64,000 nt of DNA, taken from assembly GCA_965203355.1 (NCBI GenBank), contig OZ241889.1, positions 3,712,001 to 3,776,000 on the forward strand. The letters run 5' to 3'. A program made the translations under genes and the position numbers. The notes below the pieces were generated by a model. The model did no database searches and was not told where the DNA came from. It saw nothing but the letters and a program-made list of their open reading frames with translations. This document shows, in pieces, positions 28,753-38,822 of this stretch (positions are counted from its first letter, which is position 1; every line of letters begins with the position of its first letter). This DNA comes from Candidatus Latescibacterota bacterium (GTDB lineage: Bacteria > Latescibacterota > UBA2968 > UBA8231).

Positions 28753-29556
28753 TCAGCGTTTTTCGACGACTAGCGCGGCGCGGCGTTGAACCCCTAATTG
28801 GCGCGCGGCATGGCCGCCGTTGACCGCAATTTCCAACAGACCAGCACTGCCGATCAAAGCGAGCGGCGCGCCCAACTCGACATCCTCGTACGTGCGGCAA
28901 AGTTCCGCCAGTACCTGGTCCCCAAGGCAGATGCACAGCGCGGTGCCCCACGGCGCAATGTCGGCAGCCTCAATGTTGCTTATCAAGTTGCCGAATCCAT
29001 CAATGTGGACGATGTGGCCGGCGATGCGGTCCGCCGATTTACAAGGTGCGGCTTCGGCCAAGCGCACCGGATCGGCCACCAGCGGGCCGACAGCGGCCCA
29101 GTCCAAACCGCCGCAAAGATGAGCAGCCAGCGGCGCGAAGAGGTCGCGGCCGTGGAAGGTGCTGCTCGGATTGGCCCGGGCGAGATCGGCCCGGGCGATT
29201 TCGCGCACCCGGCTGTCGGCGCGGTCGAGGACGAAGCTGAAGAGGCCGTTGTCCGGCCCCACCCACCAGTGGCCGCAGCCGTGGAGAGCCAAGGGCCGTC
29301 GGCGCATCCCCACGCCGGGATCGACGACCGCTAAATGCACGGTGCCCGGCGGAAATTCGCGTGCGGCGTGGCGCAGCACAAAAGCGGCGGCCAGCACATC
29401 TTGCGGCGGAATCTGGTGGGAAATATCCACGATCTGGGCCTCCGGGGCGATGCCCAAGATGACCCCTTTCATCGCGCCGACGTAGTAATCGCCCTCGCCA
29501 AAATCCGTTGTCAGCGTGACGATTGGGGCCTTATGCCGCTCGATCTTATTCTGCAT
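28753..29556 (-). CDS. SAM hydroxide adenosyltransferase (DUF62; chlorinase/fluorinase superfamily)
   Basis: Start re-called at MQNKIER; LTTDFG, VVDPGVG, GPDNG, STFHGRD, DGFGN. Confidence 0.9.
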   Translation of the reverse strand: MQNKIERHKAPIVTLTTDFGEGDYYVGAMKGVILGIAPEAQIVDISHQIPPQDVLAAAFVLRHAAREFPPGTVHLAVVDPGVGMRRRPLALHGCGHWWVGPDNGLFSFVLDRADSRVREIARADLARANPSSTFHGRDLFAPLAAHLCGGLDWAAVGPLVADPVRLAEAAPCKSADRIAGHIVHIDGFGNLISNIEAADIAPWGTALCICLGDQVLAELCRTYEDVELGAPLALIGSAGLLEIAVNGGHAARQLGVQRRAALVVEKR

Positions 29557-29676
29557 TGTACGCGCATCCCTTCCGCTTCCCAAGTATAGCGACAGATTCA
29601 ATTTGTTGATAGCCAGCGGCTCGGGCCTTAGATTTGCCGCGCAATCCCATCCTCTTGCCGCGAAAGGAAAATCGCC

Positions 29677-30696
29677 ATGGCCGTCAAAAGCCACATTGCA
29701 ATCGCGCCCGGCCTCAAGGTCGCGGCGCAGATGTCCCCCGAGCCGAGCGAGGCGGAAATGGCCTTTGTGCGGCAGATGGGCGTAGAATACGCCGTGACTT
29801 GGATTGATCCGGCCAAGGCCAGCCCCGAGTACTATCGCAGCCGTCGAGAACACTTTGCCCGCGGCGGCATCCAGCTCTACGGCTTGGGCAATGGCAGCGT
29901 CCACAACGTGGATGCGATCACCCTCAACCTGCCCGAGCGCGACGCGAAAGTTGCCGAGTACAAGGCGCACATCCGCAACTTGGGCCAAGCCGACATTCCC
30001 TATACGACCTATGCCCACATGGCCAACAGCGTGTGGAGCACACCGCCAGAGCAAACCCGCGGCGGCGCGAAGGCGCGGGCCTTTGACCTAGCGCGGCTCG
30101 CCGAGGCGACCGGCGGCGGTTTTACCGGCGCGGGCCTGACGCATGGCCGCGCATACAGCGAAGAAGAATTGTGGGACAACTTCGCCTCCTTTGCGCGGGA
30201 AATCGCGCCGGTCGCCGAGGAAGCGGGCGTCCGCATTGGCATTCACCCGGACGACCCGCCCGGGGTGTTGTTGGGCGGAGTGCCGCGGCCCATTTTTAGC
30301 AGCTTTGCCGGGTACCAACGCGCCCTCGAAATCGCCGACAGCCCCAACGTAGGCATGTGCTTGTGCATTGGCTGCTGGCTGGAGGGCGGCGAGGCCATGG
30401 GCCGCGACGTGGTGGAGACGATCCGCTACTTCGGCGGGCAGGGCCAGATCTTTAAAGTCCACTACCGCAACGTCGACAAGCCGCTGCCGCACTTTGTCGA
30501 GACCTTTGTTGACGACGGATACTTCGACATGTATCAGGCCATGCGCGCACTGGCCGAGGTCGGATACGACGGCACCTTGATCCCGGATCACATCCCGCAG
30601 ATGGGCGATGACGGACGGCTGGGCACCGCTTATACGCTGGCGTACATGCGCGCCTTGCAAAAGAGAGCAGCAGAAGAAAGGAGTCAGACATGCTGA
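29677..30696 (+). CDS. mannonate dehydratase (UxuA) family protein
   Basis: IHPDDPP, VHYRNV, PDHIP. Confidence 0.85.
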   Translation: MAVKSHIAIAPGLKVAAQMSPEPSEAEMAFVRQMGVEYAVTWIDPAKASPEYYRSRREHFARGGIQLYGLGNGSVHNVDAITLNLPERDAKVAEYKAHIRNLGQADIPYTTYAHMANSVWSTPPEQTRGGAKARAFDLARLAEATGGGFTGAGLTHGRAYSEEELWDNFASFAREIAPVAEEAGVRIGIHPDDPPGVLLGGVPRPIFSSFAGYQRALEIADSPNVGMCLCIGCWLEGGEAMGRDVVETIRYFGGQGQIFKVHYRNVDKPLPHFVETFVDDGYFDMYQAMRALAEVGYDGTLIPDHIPQMGDDGRLGTAYTLAYMRALQKRAAEERSQTC

Positions 30697-31502
30697 GCCA
30701 AGAACAAATCGCGCACTATCGCGAACAGGGCTATCTCAAAGTCCCCCAACTCTTCACGCCCAAGGAAGCCGAAGAGCTGGCCGCCGAGATGGTGCGAGTG
30801 ATCGAACAGTGGGGGCAGGAGACCATCGGCTGGGTCGGCCCTTGGCGAGACCGCTACCTCGACGAAGAAGACCGGCTCAACACGCGCGCGGTCTTCATGC
30901 ACAACCCACACTTTTACTCGGCCGCTTGGGGCCGCGTCCTTTTCCACGAGGCCATGATCGCCTGCGTCCAGCAGCTCATCGACGGCCCGGTGCAGTGGCA
31001 CCACACGGTCCTACACGCCAAGCCGCCCGAGAAAGGCACGCCTTTCCCCATGCACCAAGACTATCCATTCTACCCCCACGATGGCCCGGATTTCGTGGAC
31101 TGCTTGTTGCACTTAGACGACACGCCGCTGGAGAGCGGTGCGCTGATGGTCGTGCCGGGCAGCCACAAGCGAGGGCCGCTGGAACACGTATTAGGCCCGG
31201 AAACAGCGCCGCACCTGCCGCCGGCCCAGTACCACCCCGATCACCTCGACAGCGTGGCCGTGCCGGCCGAACGCGGCGACGTGATCTTCTTTAGCTACCA
31301 AACGATCCACTGGTCGGATTGCAACCGCACGGATTCTTGGCGCAAATCCGTGCGCTTTGGCTATCACAGCACGGCCCTGCGGCCGGTGGGGCGAGCCGCA
31401 GACAACCCGCATCGCATCGACCAAGACAACGTGTTGGAGCGCAACAACAACATCGTCGTGGCCGGATTTCGCGACAACGACATGGAGCCAGCGGCCAACT
31501 AA
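30690..31502 (+). CDS. phytanoyl-CoA dioxygenase family protein
   Basis: LS.EQI..Y.EQGY, KPP, HQD, VPGSH, H.S..N. Confidence 0.9.
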   Translation: MLSQEQIAHYREQGYLKVPQLFTPKEAEELAAEMVRVIEQWGQETIGWVGPWRDRYLDEEDRLNTRAVFMHNPHFYSAAWGRVLFHEAMIACVQQLIDGPVQWHHTVLHAKPPEKGTPFPMHQDYPFYPHDGPDFVDCLLHLDDTPLESGALMVVPGSHKRGPLEHVLGPETAPHLPPAQYHPDHLDSVAVPAERGDVIFFSYQTIHWSDCNRTDSWRKSVRFGYHSTALRPVGRAADNPHRIDQDNVLERNNNIVVAGFRDNDMEPAAN

Positions 31503-31760
31503 GCCTGCGCTATGCAAGAAGCGGCACCGGCTTTAACTGGGACGCCTGTTACGCGGGCTGGCAAAGCGAATCATTGCAGTATTACTGGCAAGATCTAGAC
31601 CTAAACGTGGTACCGCAGCTATCCCGCTGGGGGATCAAGGGTTTGCCGAGGCCCGGTCCTTAGCGCGGAACGGCTTGTATCCGTTGCGACGCATTGCGCG
31701 GCGCGATCCCGAGTCCGAGCGCGGTCAGCAAGCTCTCCAACTCCTACACGAGGTGAATAT

Positions 31761-33236
31761 ATGAAGGCAATCATGGTCATGTTCGACTCGCTCAACCGGC
31801 ACATGTTGCCGCCCTACGGCTGCGATTGGACGCACGCGCCCAATTTTCAGCGGCTCGCCGAGCGGTCGCTCACTTTCGACACCAGCTACGTCTGCTCCAT
31901 GCCGTGTATGCCCGCCCGCCGCGACTTGCACACCGGGCGGCCCAACTTTCTCCACCGCTCTTGGGGGCCGCTGGAGCCGTTTGACGACTCCGTCCCGCGA
32001 ATGCTGCGCGACGCCGGCGTCTCGTCGCACCTCATCAGCGATCACTACCACTACTGGGAGAGCGGCGGAGCCACCTACCACACCCAGTACAACACTTGGC
32101 AGTTCTTCCGCGGCCAAGAGGGCGATCCGTGGATCGGTCAGGTCGCCGACCCACCGCCCGTAGAGGCGCACGGGAGCAATGCAGGCCGCAGCCTGTGGCA
32201 TCGCCAAGACCGCGTCAACCGACAATACATGCGCCGCGAAGAAGACCAACCCCAAGCCCAGACCTTCAAGGCCGGCGTCGAGTTCATCCGCCGCAACCAC
32301 GCCGCCGACCACTGGTTTTTGCAGATCGAAACCTTTGATCCGCACGAGCCGTTTTTCACCCAGCGCCCATACCAAGATCTCTACCCAGCACTCTTTGAGA
32401 ACCGCTCGTCCGCGCTGTTCGACTGGCCGGCCTATGGCCCAGTGACCGAAGAGCAAGCCCTCGTCGATCAATGCCGGGGCCACTACGCATCGCTTTTGAG
32501 CATGTGCGACGCCCGCCTCGGCGACATCCTCGACGAGATGGACCGCCTCGCGCTGTGGGACGATACCATGCTCATCGTGTGGACCGACCACGGCTTCCTG
32601 CTCAGCGAGCACGACCTGTGGGCCAAGGTCCAGATGCCTTGGTACCGCGAATTGTCCAACACGCCGTTCTTCGTCTGGGATCCGCGCTGCGGCCAAGCGG
32701 GCCAGCGGCGGCAGAGCTTGGTGCAGCCGTCGATCGACTTGGGGCCGACCTTGCTGGACCTCTTCGGGATGGAGCCGACCGCAGACATGCTGGGCCAGAG
32801 CCTGGGCGCAGTCTGCGCACACGACGCCCCGGTGCGCGAGGCCGCGATCTTCGGCAATCACGGCGGGCAGGTGAACGTCGTCGATGGCCGCTACGTGTAC
32901 ATGCGCGCCCCCGCCCGCCCCGACAACCAGCCTTTGTACAACTACACGCTCATGCCCACGCACATGCGCGACTTATTTTCAGTCGACGAATTCGCCAACG
33001 TGGAACTCGCCGAGCCGTTTGCTTTCAGCAAGGGTTGCCGGCTGCTGCGGACGCAAGGACACACGCGGACCAAGCAGCACGAGTACGGGACCCTGCTCTT
33101 CGACTTAGAGCAAGACCCGCGCCAAGAAAACCCGCTCTCTGACGCGGCGTTAGAGCAGCGAATGCAGGGGCTGTTGCGCGCGCAAATGGAAGCGTGCGAC
33201 GCTCCGCTAGAGCAGTACGAACGTTTGGGAATCTAA
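31761..33236 (+). CDS. Cys-type sulfatase
   Basis: DS, CMPARR (CxPxR), DPHEPF, TDHG, LFDL..DP. Confidence 0.9.
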   Translation: MKAIMVMFDSLNRHMLPPYGCDWTHAPNFQRLAERSLTFDTSYVCSMPCMPARRDLHTGRPNFLHRSWGPLEPFDDSVPRMLRDAGVSSHLISDHYHYWESGGATYHTQYNTWQFFRGQEGDPWIGQVADPPPVEAHGSNAGRSLWHRQDRVNRQYMRREEDQPQAQTFKAGVEFIRRNHAADHWFLQIETFDPHEPFFTQRPYQDLYPALFENRSSALFDWPAYGPVTEEQALVDQCRGHYASLLSMCDARLGDILDEMDRLALWDDTMLIVWTDHGFLLSEHDLWAKVQMPWYRELSNTPFFVWDPRCGQAGQRRQSLVQPSIDLGPTLLDLFGMEPTADMLGQSLGAVCAHDAPVREAAIFGNHGGQVNVVDGRYVYMRAPARPDNQPLYNYTLMPTHMRDLFSVDEFANVELAEPFAFSKGCRLLRTQGHTRTKQHEYGTLLFDLEQDPRQENPLSDAALEQRMQGLLRAQMEACDAPLEQYERLGI

Positions 33237-33250
33237 CTCAGGAGAATACT

Positions 33251-35152
33251 ATGCAGAGTCCGGCGCAAAAAGCCATCGTCATCGGCATGGATGGAGCCGC
33301 CATGGAGTTGGTGCAACACATGGTGGATCAAGGGCACATGCCCCACTTAGGTCAACTCATGGCGCAGGGTGTCAAGCGGCCCATGATCGGCGTCTTCCCA
33401 ACCCTGACGCCCCCCGGCTGGACGGCCACTTCGACCGGGGCTTGGGCGGGAACCCATCAGGTCATGGACTTCAACATCCGCAAACTCGGCGGGCGTCTCG
33501 ACGAGACGGTGTGGGGCATCAACACCGAGCTTTCGCAGGCCGAGTACTTGTGGAACACGGTCGAGCGCGCTGGCAAAAAGCCCATTTTAGTCAAGTGGGA
33601 AATGTCCTGGCCGCCGACCGTGCAGACCGGCATCCAAGTCGAGGGCACCGGGCCGGGCGTGTCCAACGTGCATCAGCTCACCGGCTACCATCTCTTTGTC
33701 GGCGGCGGCTGGACGCCCCGGCCCATCGGCGGGCCGCGCGACCCTGAGACGTTGGACCCAAGCGCCCTGCAAAAGGTGCGCAACGTCGATCCAGTGGCGA
33801 TCGTCCCAGCCGCAGGATGGCAAGATGCGCCCGCCTCGGCGCTACCGCCCAAAGAAGTGGTGCTGGTCGTTGAGTTGCTCAAGCGCGGTCGAGCGGATAG
33901 GCGCCGCCAAGGCCGAGCCGGAACGCCTAAGCATTTCTACGGCCTGATATACGCCTCAGCCGACCAAGGCTACGACCGGCTGCTCATTTGCCGCAGCCGC
34001 CATGCAGGTGATCGCGTCGCCGAGCTGGCGGTCGGCCAGTGGACCGATTGGTGGAAAGACCACTTTGAGATCGACGGCCAAACACGCGCCGGGTATGTGC
34101 GCATGAAGCTCGTCAGCCTGAGCGCAGCCGGCGATGTATTCGAGCTTTTTGTGCCGCAGATCTGGCCGGCGAGCGGCTACACACAGCCCGAGGAAGTGGC
34201 GCGGCAGATCGACGAAAACGTCGGCAATTTCCTGCAAAATCCAGCACGCGATGCCTTGGGCGTGGTCGATGACGACACCTATTTCGAGCTGTTGGATTTC
34301 CACCACCAGCGTCTGGCCGAAGTGGCGGCGTACCTAACCGAGCACAACGACTGGGACGTGCTGTTCATCGAGACCCACGCCTCGGATTACACCAGCCACT
34401 TCTTCCTCTCGCAAGCCGACGAGTGCAGCGGAGCCGACCCGCACACGCTGGCGCGCTGCCAAGCGGGCGTGGCCCAAACCTATGCTTCCATAGATGACAT
34501 GATCGGCCGCGTCGTCGAGCTGGCCGATGACGACACCGTCGTCGCGGTTGTCTCCGACCACGGCGGCACCCCCAACCAGCACCAGCCGGTCGATATCGCC
34601 GAGGTGCTGGAACAGGCCGGCTTTTTGATTTATGCCGACGCCGAGAAAAAGCAGATCGACTGGCAGCAGACGCGGGCGGCCCCGGTGGGGCTGGTCCACA
34701 TCTTCGTCAATCTCCAAGGACGCGAGCCTACGGGAATCGTCGATCCCAGCGACTACGAGCAAACGCGCCTCGACCTCATCGAAGCCCTCCACGCCTATCG
34801 CCATCCCCAGACCGGACGCGGCCCTTTTGCCCTCGCCCTGACGCGGGAAGACGCCGAGATGGTCAATCTGGCCGGTGAACTCGTCGGCGATGTGGTCTAT
34901 GCGCTGCGACCCGAGTACGACGGAGCGCACGGCAAACAGCTCCCCTCGGCCACGCTCGGCATCGGCGGGCAGCACTGCACGTTCGTGTTGGCTGGGGCTG
35001 GGGTCAAGCAAGGGCTGGCGCTTAGTCGGCAAGTGCGCGCGGTAGATGTCGCGCCGACCCTGTGCTACTTGCTGGGCATTCCCATGCCCGCGCAGGTGGA
35101 GGGCGGCGTGATCTACGAGGCACTCGCAGACGCGGACTGGCACCTGCGATGA
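33251..35152 (+). CDS. alkaline phosphatase superfamily / nucleotide pyrophosphatase-phosphodiesterase
   Basis: Start re-called after GGAG RBS; IGMDGA, PTLTPPGW..TG, SDHG, DVAPT. Confidence 0.8.
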   Translation: MQSPAQKAIVIGMDGAAMELVQHMVDQGHMPHLGQLMAQGVKRPMIGVFPTLTPPGWTATSTGAWAGTHQVMDFNIRKLGGRLDETVWGINTELSQAEYLWNTVERAGKKPILVKWEMSWPPTVQTGIQVEGTGPGVSNVHQLTGYHLFVGGGWTPRPIGGPRDPETLDPSALQKVRNVDPVAIVPAAGWQDAPASALPPKEVVLVVELLKRGRADRRRQGRAGTPKHFYGLIYASADQGYDRLLICRSRHAGDRVAELAVGQWTDWWKDHFEIDGQTRAGYVRMKLVSLSAAGDVFELFVPQIWPASGYTQPEEVARQIDENVGNFLQNPARDALGVVDDDTYFELLDFHHQRLAEVAAYLTEHNDWDVLFIETHASDYTSHFFLSQADECSGADPHTLARCQAGVAQTYASIDDMIGRVVELADDDTVVAVVSDHGGTPNQHQPVDIAEVLEQAGFLIYADAEKKQIDWQQTRAAPVGLVHIFVNLQGREPTGIVDPSDYEQTRLDLIEALHAYRHPQTGRGPFALALTREDAEMVNLAGELVGDVVYALRPEYDGAHGKQLPSATLGIGGQHCTFVLAGAGVKQGLALSRQVRAVDVAPTLCYLLGIPMPAQVEGGVIYEALADADWHLR

Positions 35153-35182
35153 AGGCCGCTTACTACGGCGGCAACCGCACGC

Positions 35183-35258
35183 AGTGGCCAGTAGCCAGTG
35201 GCCAGTAGCCAGTGGCCGGGACGTGGACTGACCACCGACCACTGACCACCGACCACCA
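35183..35258. repeat. heptamer tandem repeats in two loosely complementary blocks
   Basis: (AGTGGCC/AGTAGCC)n followed by (ACTGACC/ACCGACC)n. Confidence 0.7.
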
Positions 35259-35272
35259 ACCCAGAGGTTTTT

Positions 35273-36040
35273 ATGAGCATCTTGGACCTTTTCAAGCTCG
35301 ACGGCCAGACAGCCCTCGTCACCGGGTGCCGCCGAGGCATCGGGCGCGGGTTTGCGCAAGCACTGGCCGAGGCGGGCGCGGATATCGTCGGCGTCAGCGC
35401 CTCACTCGAAGCAGACTCCGAAGTCAGCAAAGACATTGCCGAGCGCGGCAAGCACTTCACAGGCTATGCCTGCGATTTCAGCGACCGAGCGGCCGTCCGC
35501 GCTTTCGTCGAGCAAGTCGCCGCCGAAGTCGGCCCAATCGACATCCTCATCAACAACGCCGGCACGATTCGGCGCGCTCCGGCAGAGGATCACGGAGACG
35601 AAGATTGGGACCACGTCATCGAGGTCAACTTAAACGCACAGTTCGCGCTGGCGCGGGCATTCGGCAAGCAGATGCTGTCCCGCGGCCGCGGCAAAATCGT
35701 CTTTACCGCTTCCGTGCTGACCTTCCAAGGCGGAATCACCGTGCCGGGCTACGCCGCGGCCAAGGGCGGCATCGGGCAGTTGACCATGGCGCTGGCCAAC
35801 GAATGGGCCGGGCGTGGAGTCAATGTCAACGCCATTGCGCCCGGCTACATCGCCACCGACAACAATCAAGCCCTGCGCGACGACCCCGTGCGCAACGAGC
35901 AGCTACTGGTGCGGATCCCAGCGGGCCGGTGGGGCACACCGGACGACTTAAAAGGCGCGGTAGTGTGGCTGTCGTCGCGTGCCGCCGACTACGTGCATGG
36001 GGCCATCGCAATCGTCGATGGCGGGTGGATGGGCCGCTGA
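35273..36040 (+). CDS. kduD: 2-dehydro-3-deoxy-D-gluconate 5-dehydrogenase-like SDR
   Basis: TGCRRGIG, NNAGTIRR, FQGGITVPGYAAAKGG, DGGWMGR. Confidence 0.85.
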   Translation: MSILDLFKLDGQTALVTGCRRGIGRGFAQALAEAGADIVGVSASLEADSEVSKDIAERGKHFTGYACDFSDRAAVRAFVEQVAAEVGPIDILINNAGTIRRAPAEDHGDEDWDHVIEVNLNAQFALARAFGKQMLSRGRGKIVFTASVLTFQGGITVPGYAAAKGGIGQLTMALANEWAGRGVNVNAIAPGYIATDNNQALRDDPVRNEQLLVRIPAGRWGTPDDLKGAVVWLSSRAADYVHGAIAIVDGGWMGR

Positions 36041-36041
36041 T

Positions 36042-38777
36042 ATGGAAGAGGCCGATCTGCTAGCATTTTGGGGCAAGACGCCGCGTGGTATTGAAAATTG
36101 CTCGGAAACAGTAAGCAATAATGCTGGAGGACAGCGGGACTATAAGCCCGTCTTACATCATTTAATGGATGTCGCCGCCGTCGCCCTACAATGGCAGCAA
36201 TTAAATCCCGCCCGTCTTGAGCGCGAAGCCGCTTTGCTGAAGGCGGATCCAGCGTGTTTAGCCAAGACTATGGCTTTTCTAGCTGGCGTACACGATCTCG
36301 GCAAATTTTCACGCAGCTTTCAGGCAAAGGTACCTGCATTGTGGCCAGATCGGGTGCTCGGCGGCTTGAATAGCGAGATCGCCGACCGAGGTCATTGGCG
36401 CAATACGGCTATCCTTCTCAGGGCCGAGCCAATCGCCAAAGAATTCACCAACCTGTTCCCTAGCATTTCCTGTGATCCTTTAGGACCGATCATTGCTGCT
36501 ATTGCGGGACACCATGGACAACCAACTAAAGCTGGAGAACACAACGCCCGTCCAAGCGAGTATCGGTCCGACCCAGATCTTATGGGACCATGTGTGGACG
36601 CGGCTCGTGCTACCTTTTGCATTCTCCGCAACCGTATAAATCCTTCACCGCTGACGTCCCTCAAAAAGCAAAAACAGTCGGCGCAGTGGTCTTGGCGTTT
36701 GTCGGGGTTTGTCACGCTGGCCGACTGGGTTGGCTCTGACACTGATTACTTCTCATTTGAATCGGTCAATATGCGGCTAGGCGATTATTGGAACTGGGCA
36801 CTTGCTCAGGCTGAAAAAGCCCTAAGGGGCAAGGGACTGCTTCCCCACTCCCCGGAACCTCGTCCAAGTTATGCTCGTTTCGCGCCGCAAGCTGCTGCCC
36901 GCCCGAGGCCCGTGCAGAAAAAAGCCGCCGCCGTACCGCTTTCGGATGGAGCACAACTATTCATTCTAGAGGATACTACCGGGGCGGGTAAGACCGAAGC
37001 GGCTATTATGCTCGCGGCCCGGATGATGGCCGCAGGCAAGGGCGAGGGCCTGTACTTTGCGTTGCCGACTATGGCGACGGCCAACGCTATGTACGAGCGG
37101 CTGGCAGAGACATACCGGATGTTGTTTGAATCGGGAGAGTACGCTCCCTCGCTTGTCTTGGCGCATGGCCGATCTAATCTGTCCGAGGCGTTCCTCACCA
37201 TCGTCAAATCTTCGGATATGGCCAATGGCAGCGAGGATGAAACCGCATCCGCTTCTTGTACCCAGTGGGTTGCAGACGACCGTCGGAAAGCCTTTTACGC
37301 AGATGTTGGAGCGGGGACGATTGACCAAGCCTTTCTCTCGATTCTCCCCAAAAAACATTTAACGCTGCGCCAATACGGGCTAGCGGGTCGCATTCTTATC
37401 GTTGATGAGGCCCATTGTTTTGATGCTTATATGGAAGAGGAACTTTCCAAGTTGCTGGAACTGCACGCCCAAAATGGCGGATCTGCTATCGTACTCTCGG
37501 CGACCTTGTCTTTGGAGCAGCGTCGCGATATGGCAGAGGCGTTTGCCAAGGGCCTCAACTTGCGAGACCCAGACGAGCTTAGCGATCAACTGTGCAGTAA
37601 AGCGTACCCGCTGCTCACTTCGGTTGCGCTTGGCAATCCACGAGAAATCAAACAGGAATTCGATTCAGCATTGCGTCGCACTGTAACGGTAGAACGCCTG
37701 CCCGACCGCACAACCGCCGAGACACGGGCTCTTTCCGCTGCAAAAAAGGGAGCGGCCGTGCTGGTCATTTGCAACGCCGTAGATGAGGCCATTGCCGTGC
37801 ATGTCTCACTTTCAGGACAGATGGATCACCCGGAGAAGGTACACTTGTTCCACGCTCGGTTTGCCCATGGCGATAGACAAGATATAGAAGCAGACGTATT
37901 GCGCCGATTCGGGCGCGACGCCAAAGCGACGGACCGGGCCGGCCATATCCTTGTGGCCACACAGGTAGTTGAGCAAAGCCTCGACCTCGATTTTGATCTC
38001 GTCATTTCGGACCTCGCACCAGTGGACCTCATCATTCAGCGGGCCGGCCGGATGTGGCGGCATTTGGACAAGCGCCCGCCGGAAAGCCGTCCGGTGGAGA
38101 ATCCGCATATCCTCGTGGTCTCGCCGGACCCGGATCAGGTAGAAGACAAAAAATGGCTTGAGCCGGTACTGGGCAAAGCGGCCTTTGTCTATCAACATGG
38201 CGGCGTAATGTGGCGCAGTGCGAAGGCCCTATTCGACGATGGACGTATTGACACACCGGAAAGTTTTCGCCCGTTGATTGAGCGCGTTTACGATAATGAA
38301 GATGTGCCACCCATTCTCGAAGGATCGCAGATCGAGGACGAAGGGAAGGAAATGTCCAGCCACTCGCTAGGTCAGTTAAACGTTATTGACTTAGAGGATG
38401 GCTATGGTTCTCTTCCGACGGAATTGAGCGGTACCGAGGACATAGGTACTCGGCTAGGAGAGCCGACCGTCACGTTGCGATTGGCTCGCGTAGAGGCGGG
38501 ACGTCTTGTTCCTTGGCGCGAGGCGTCCGACGATCTCAGCCGGGCTTGGGCCTTGTCCGAAATCCGAGTGCGGGATAAAGCTGCGCCGCCAACCGGAGAT
38601 CAAGAACTTCAGGATCAGGCCAAAAGCGACTGGCCAGCGTGGGAACGCAACGAGATATGTATAGCAGTGGTAGAAGGGGATGGTAGGGTTCGATTGGAAG
38701 GGACGGAACCGGACAGCGGCTATTTCACCTACTGCCATCGGGTCGGTTTCAGACGTTTCCCGCAGACGCGGGAATGA
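36042..38777 (+). CDS. cas3: CRISPR-associated HD nuclease/helicase Cas3
   Basis: Start MEEADLLAFWGK; HHLMDV, HDLGK, GHHG, ADWVGS; TGAGKT, DEAH, SAT, QRAGR. Confidence 0.96.
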   Translation: MEEADLLAFWGKTPRGIENCSETVSNNAGGQRDYKPVLHHLMDVAAVALQWQQLNPARLEREAALLKADPACLAKTMAFLAGVHDLGKFSRSFQAKVPALWPDRVLGGLNSEIADRGHWRNTAILLRAEPIAKEFTNLFPSISCDPLGPIIAAIAGHHGQPTKAGEHNARPSEYRSDPDLMGPCVDAARATFCILRNRINPSPLTSLKKQKQSAQWSWRLSGFVTLADWVGSDTDYFSFESVNMRLGDYWNWALAQAEKALRGKGLLPHSPEPRPSYARFAPQAAARPRPVQKKAAAVPLSDGAQLFILEDTTGAGKTEAAIMLAARMMAAGKGEGLYFALPTMATANAMYERLAETYRMLFESGEYAPSLVLAHGRSNLSEAFLTIVKSSDMANGSEDETASASCTQWVADDRRKAFYADVGAGTIDQAFLSILPKKHLTLRQYGLAGRILIVDEAHCFDAYMEEELSKLLELHAQNGGSAIVLSATLSLEQRRDMAEAFAKGLNLRDPDELSDQLCSKAYPLLTSVALGNPREIKQEFDSALRRTVTVERLPDRTTAETRALSAAKKGAAVLVICNAVDEAIAVHVSLSGQMDHPEKVHLFHARFAHGDRQDIEADVLRRFGRDAKATDRAGHILVATQVVEQSLDLDFDLVISDLAPVDLIIQRAGRMWRHLDKRPPESRPVENPHILVVSPDPDQVEDKKWLEPVLGKAAFVYQHGGVMWRSAKALFDDGRIDTPESFRPLIERVYDNEDVPPILEGSQIEDEGKEMSSHSLGQLNVIDLEDGYGSLPTELSGTEDIGTRLGEPTVTLRLARVEAGRLVPWREASDDLSRAWALSEIRVRDKAAPPTGDQELQDQAKSDWPAWERNEICIAVVEGDGRVRLEGTEPDSGYFTYCHRVGFRRFPQTRE

Positions 38778-38822
38778 GCCGTATTGATCCGTCGGAAGAG
38801 TTTTTGATTAAGGAGGAATCCA

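Noticed and set aside
28753-29556. Possible fluorinase/chlorinase
   Set aside because: Has the Asp/Arg/His pattern (VVDPG, R, TFHGRD) of DUF62 SAM hydrolases and no halometabolite cluster context
31725-32963. 412-aa antisense ORF
   Set aside because: Shadow of the sulfatase; no motifs
34334-35359. 341-aa antisense ORF
   Set aside because: Shadow of the phosphodiesterase and kduD
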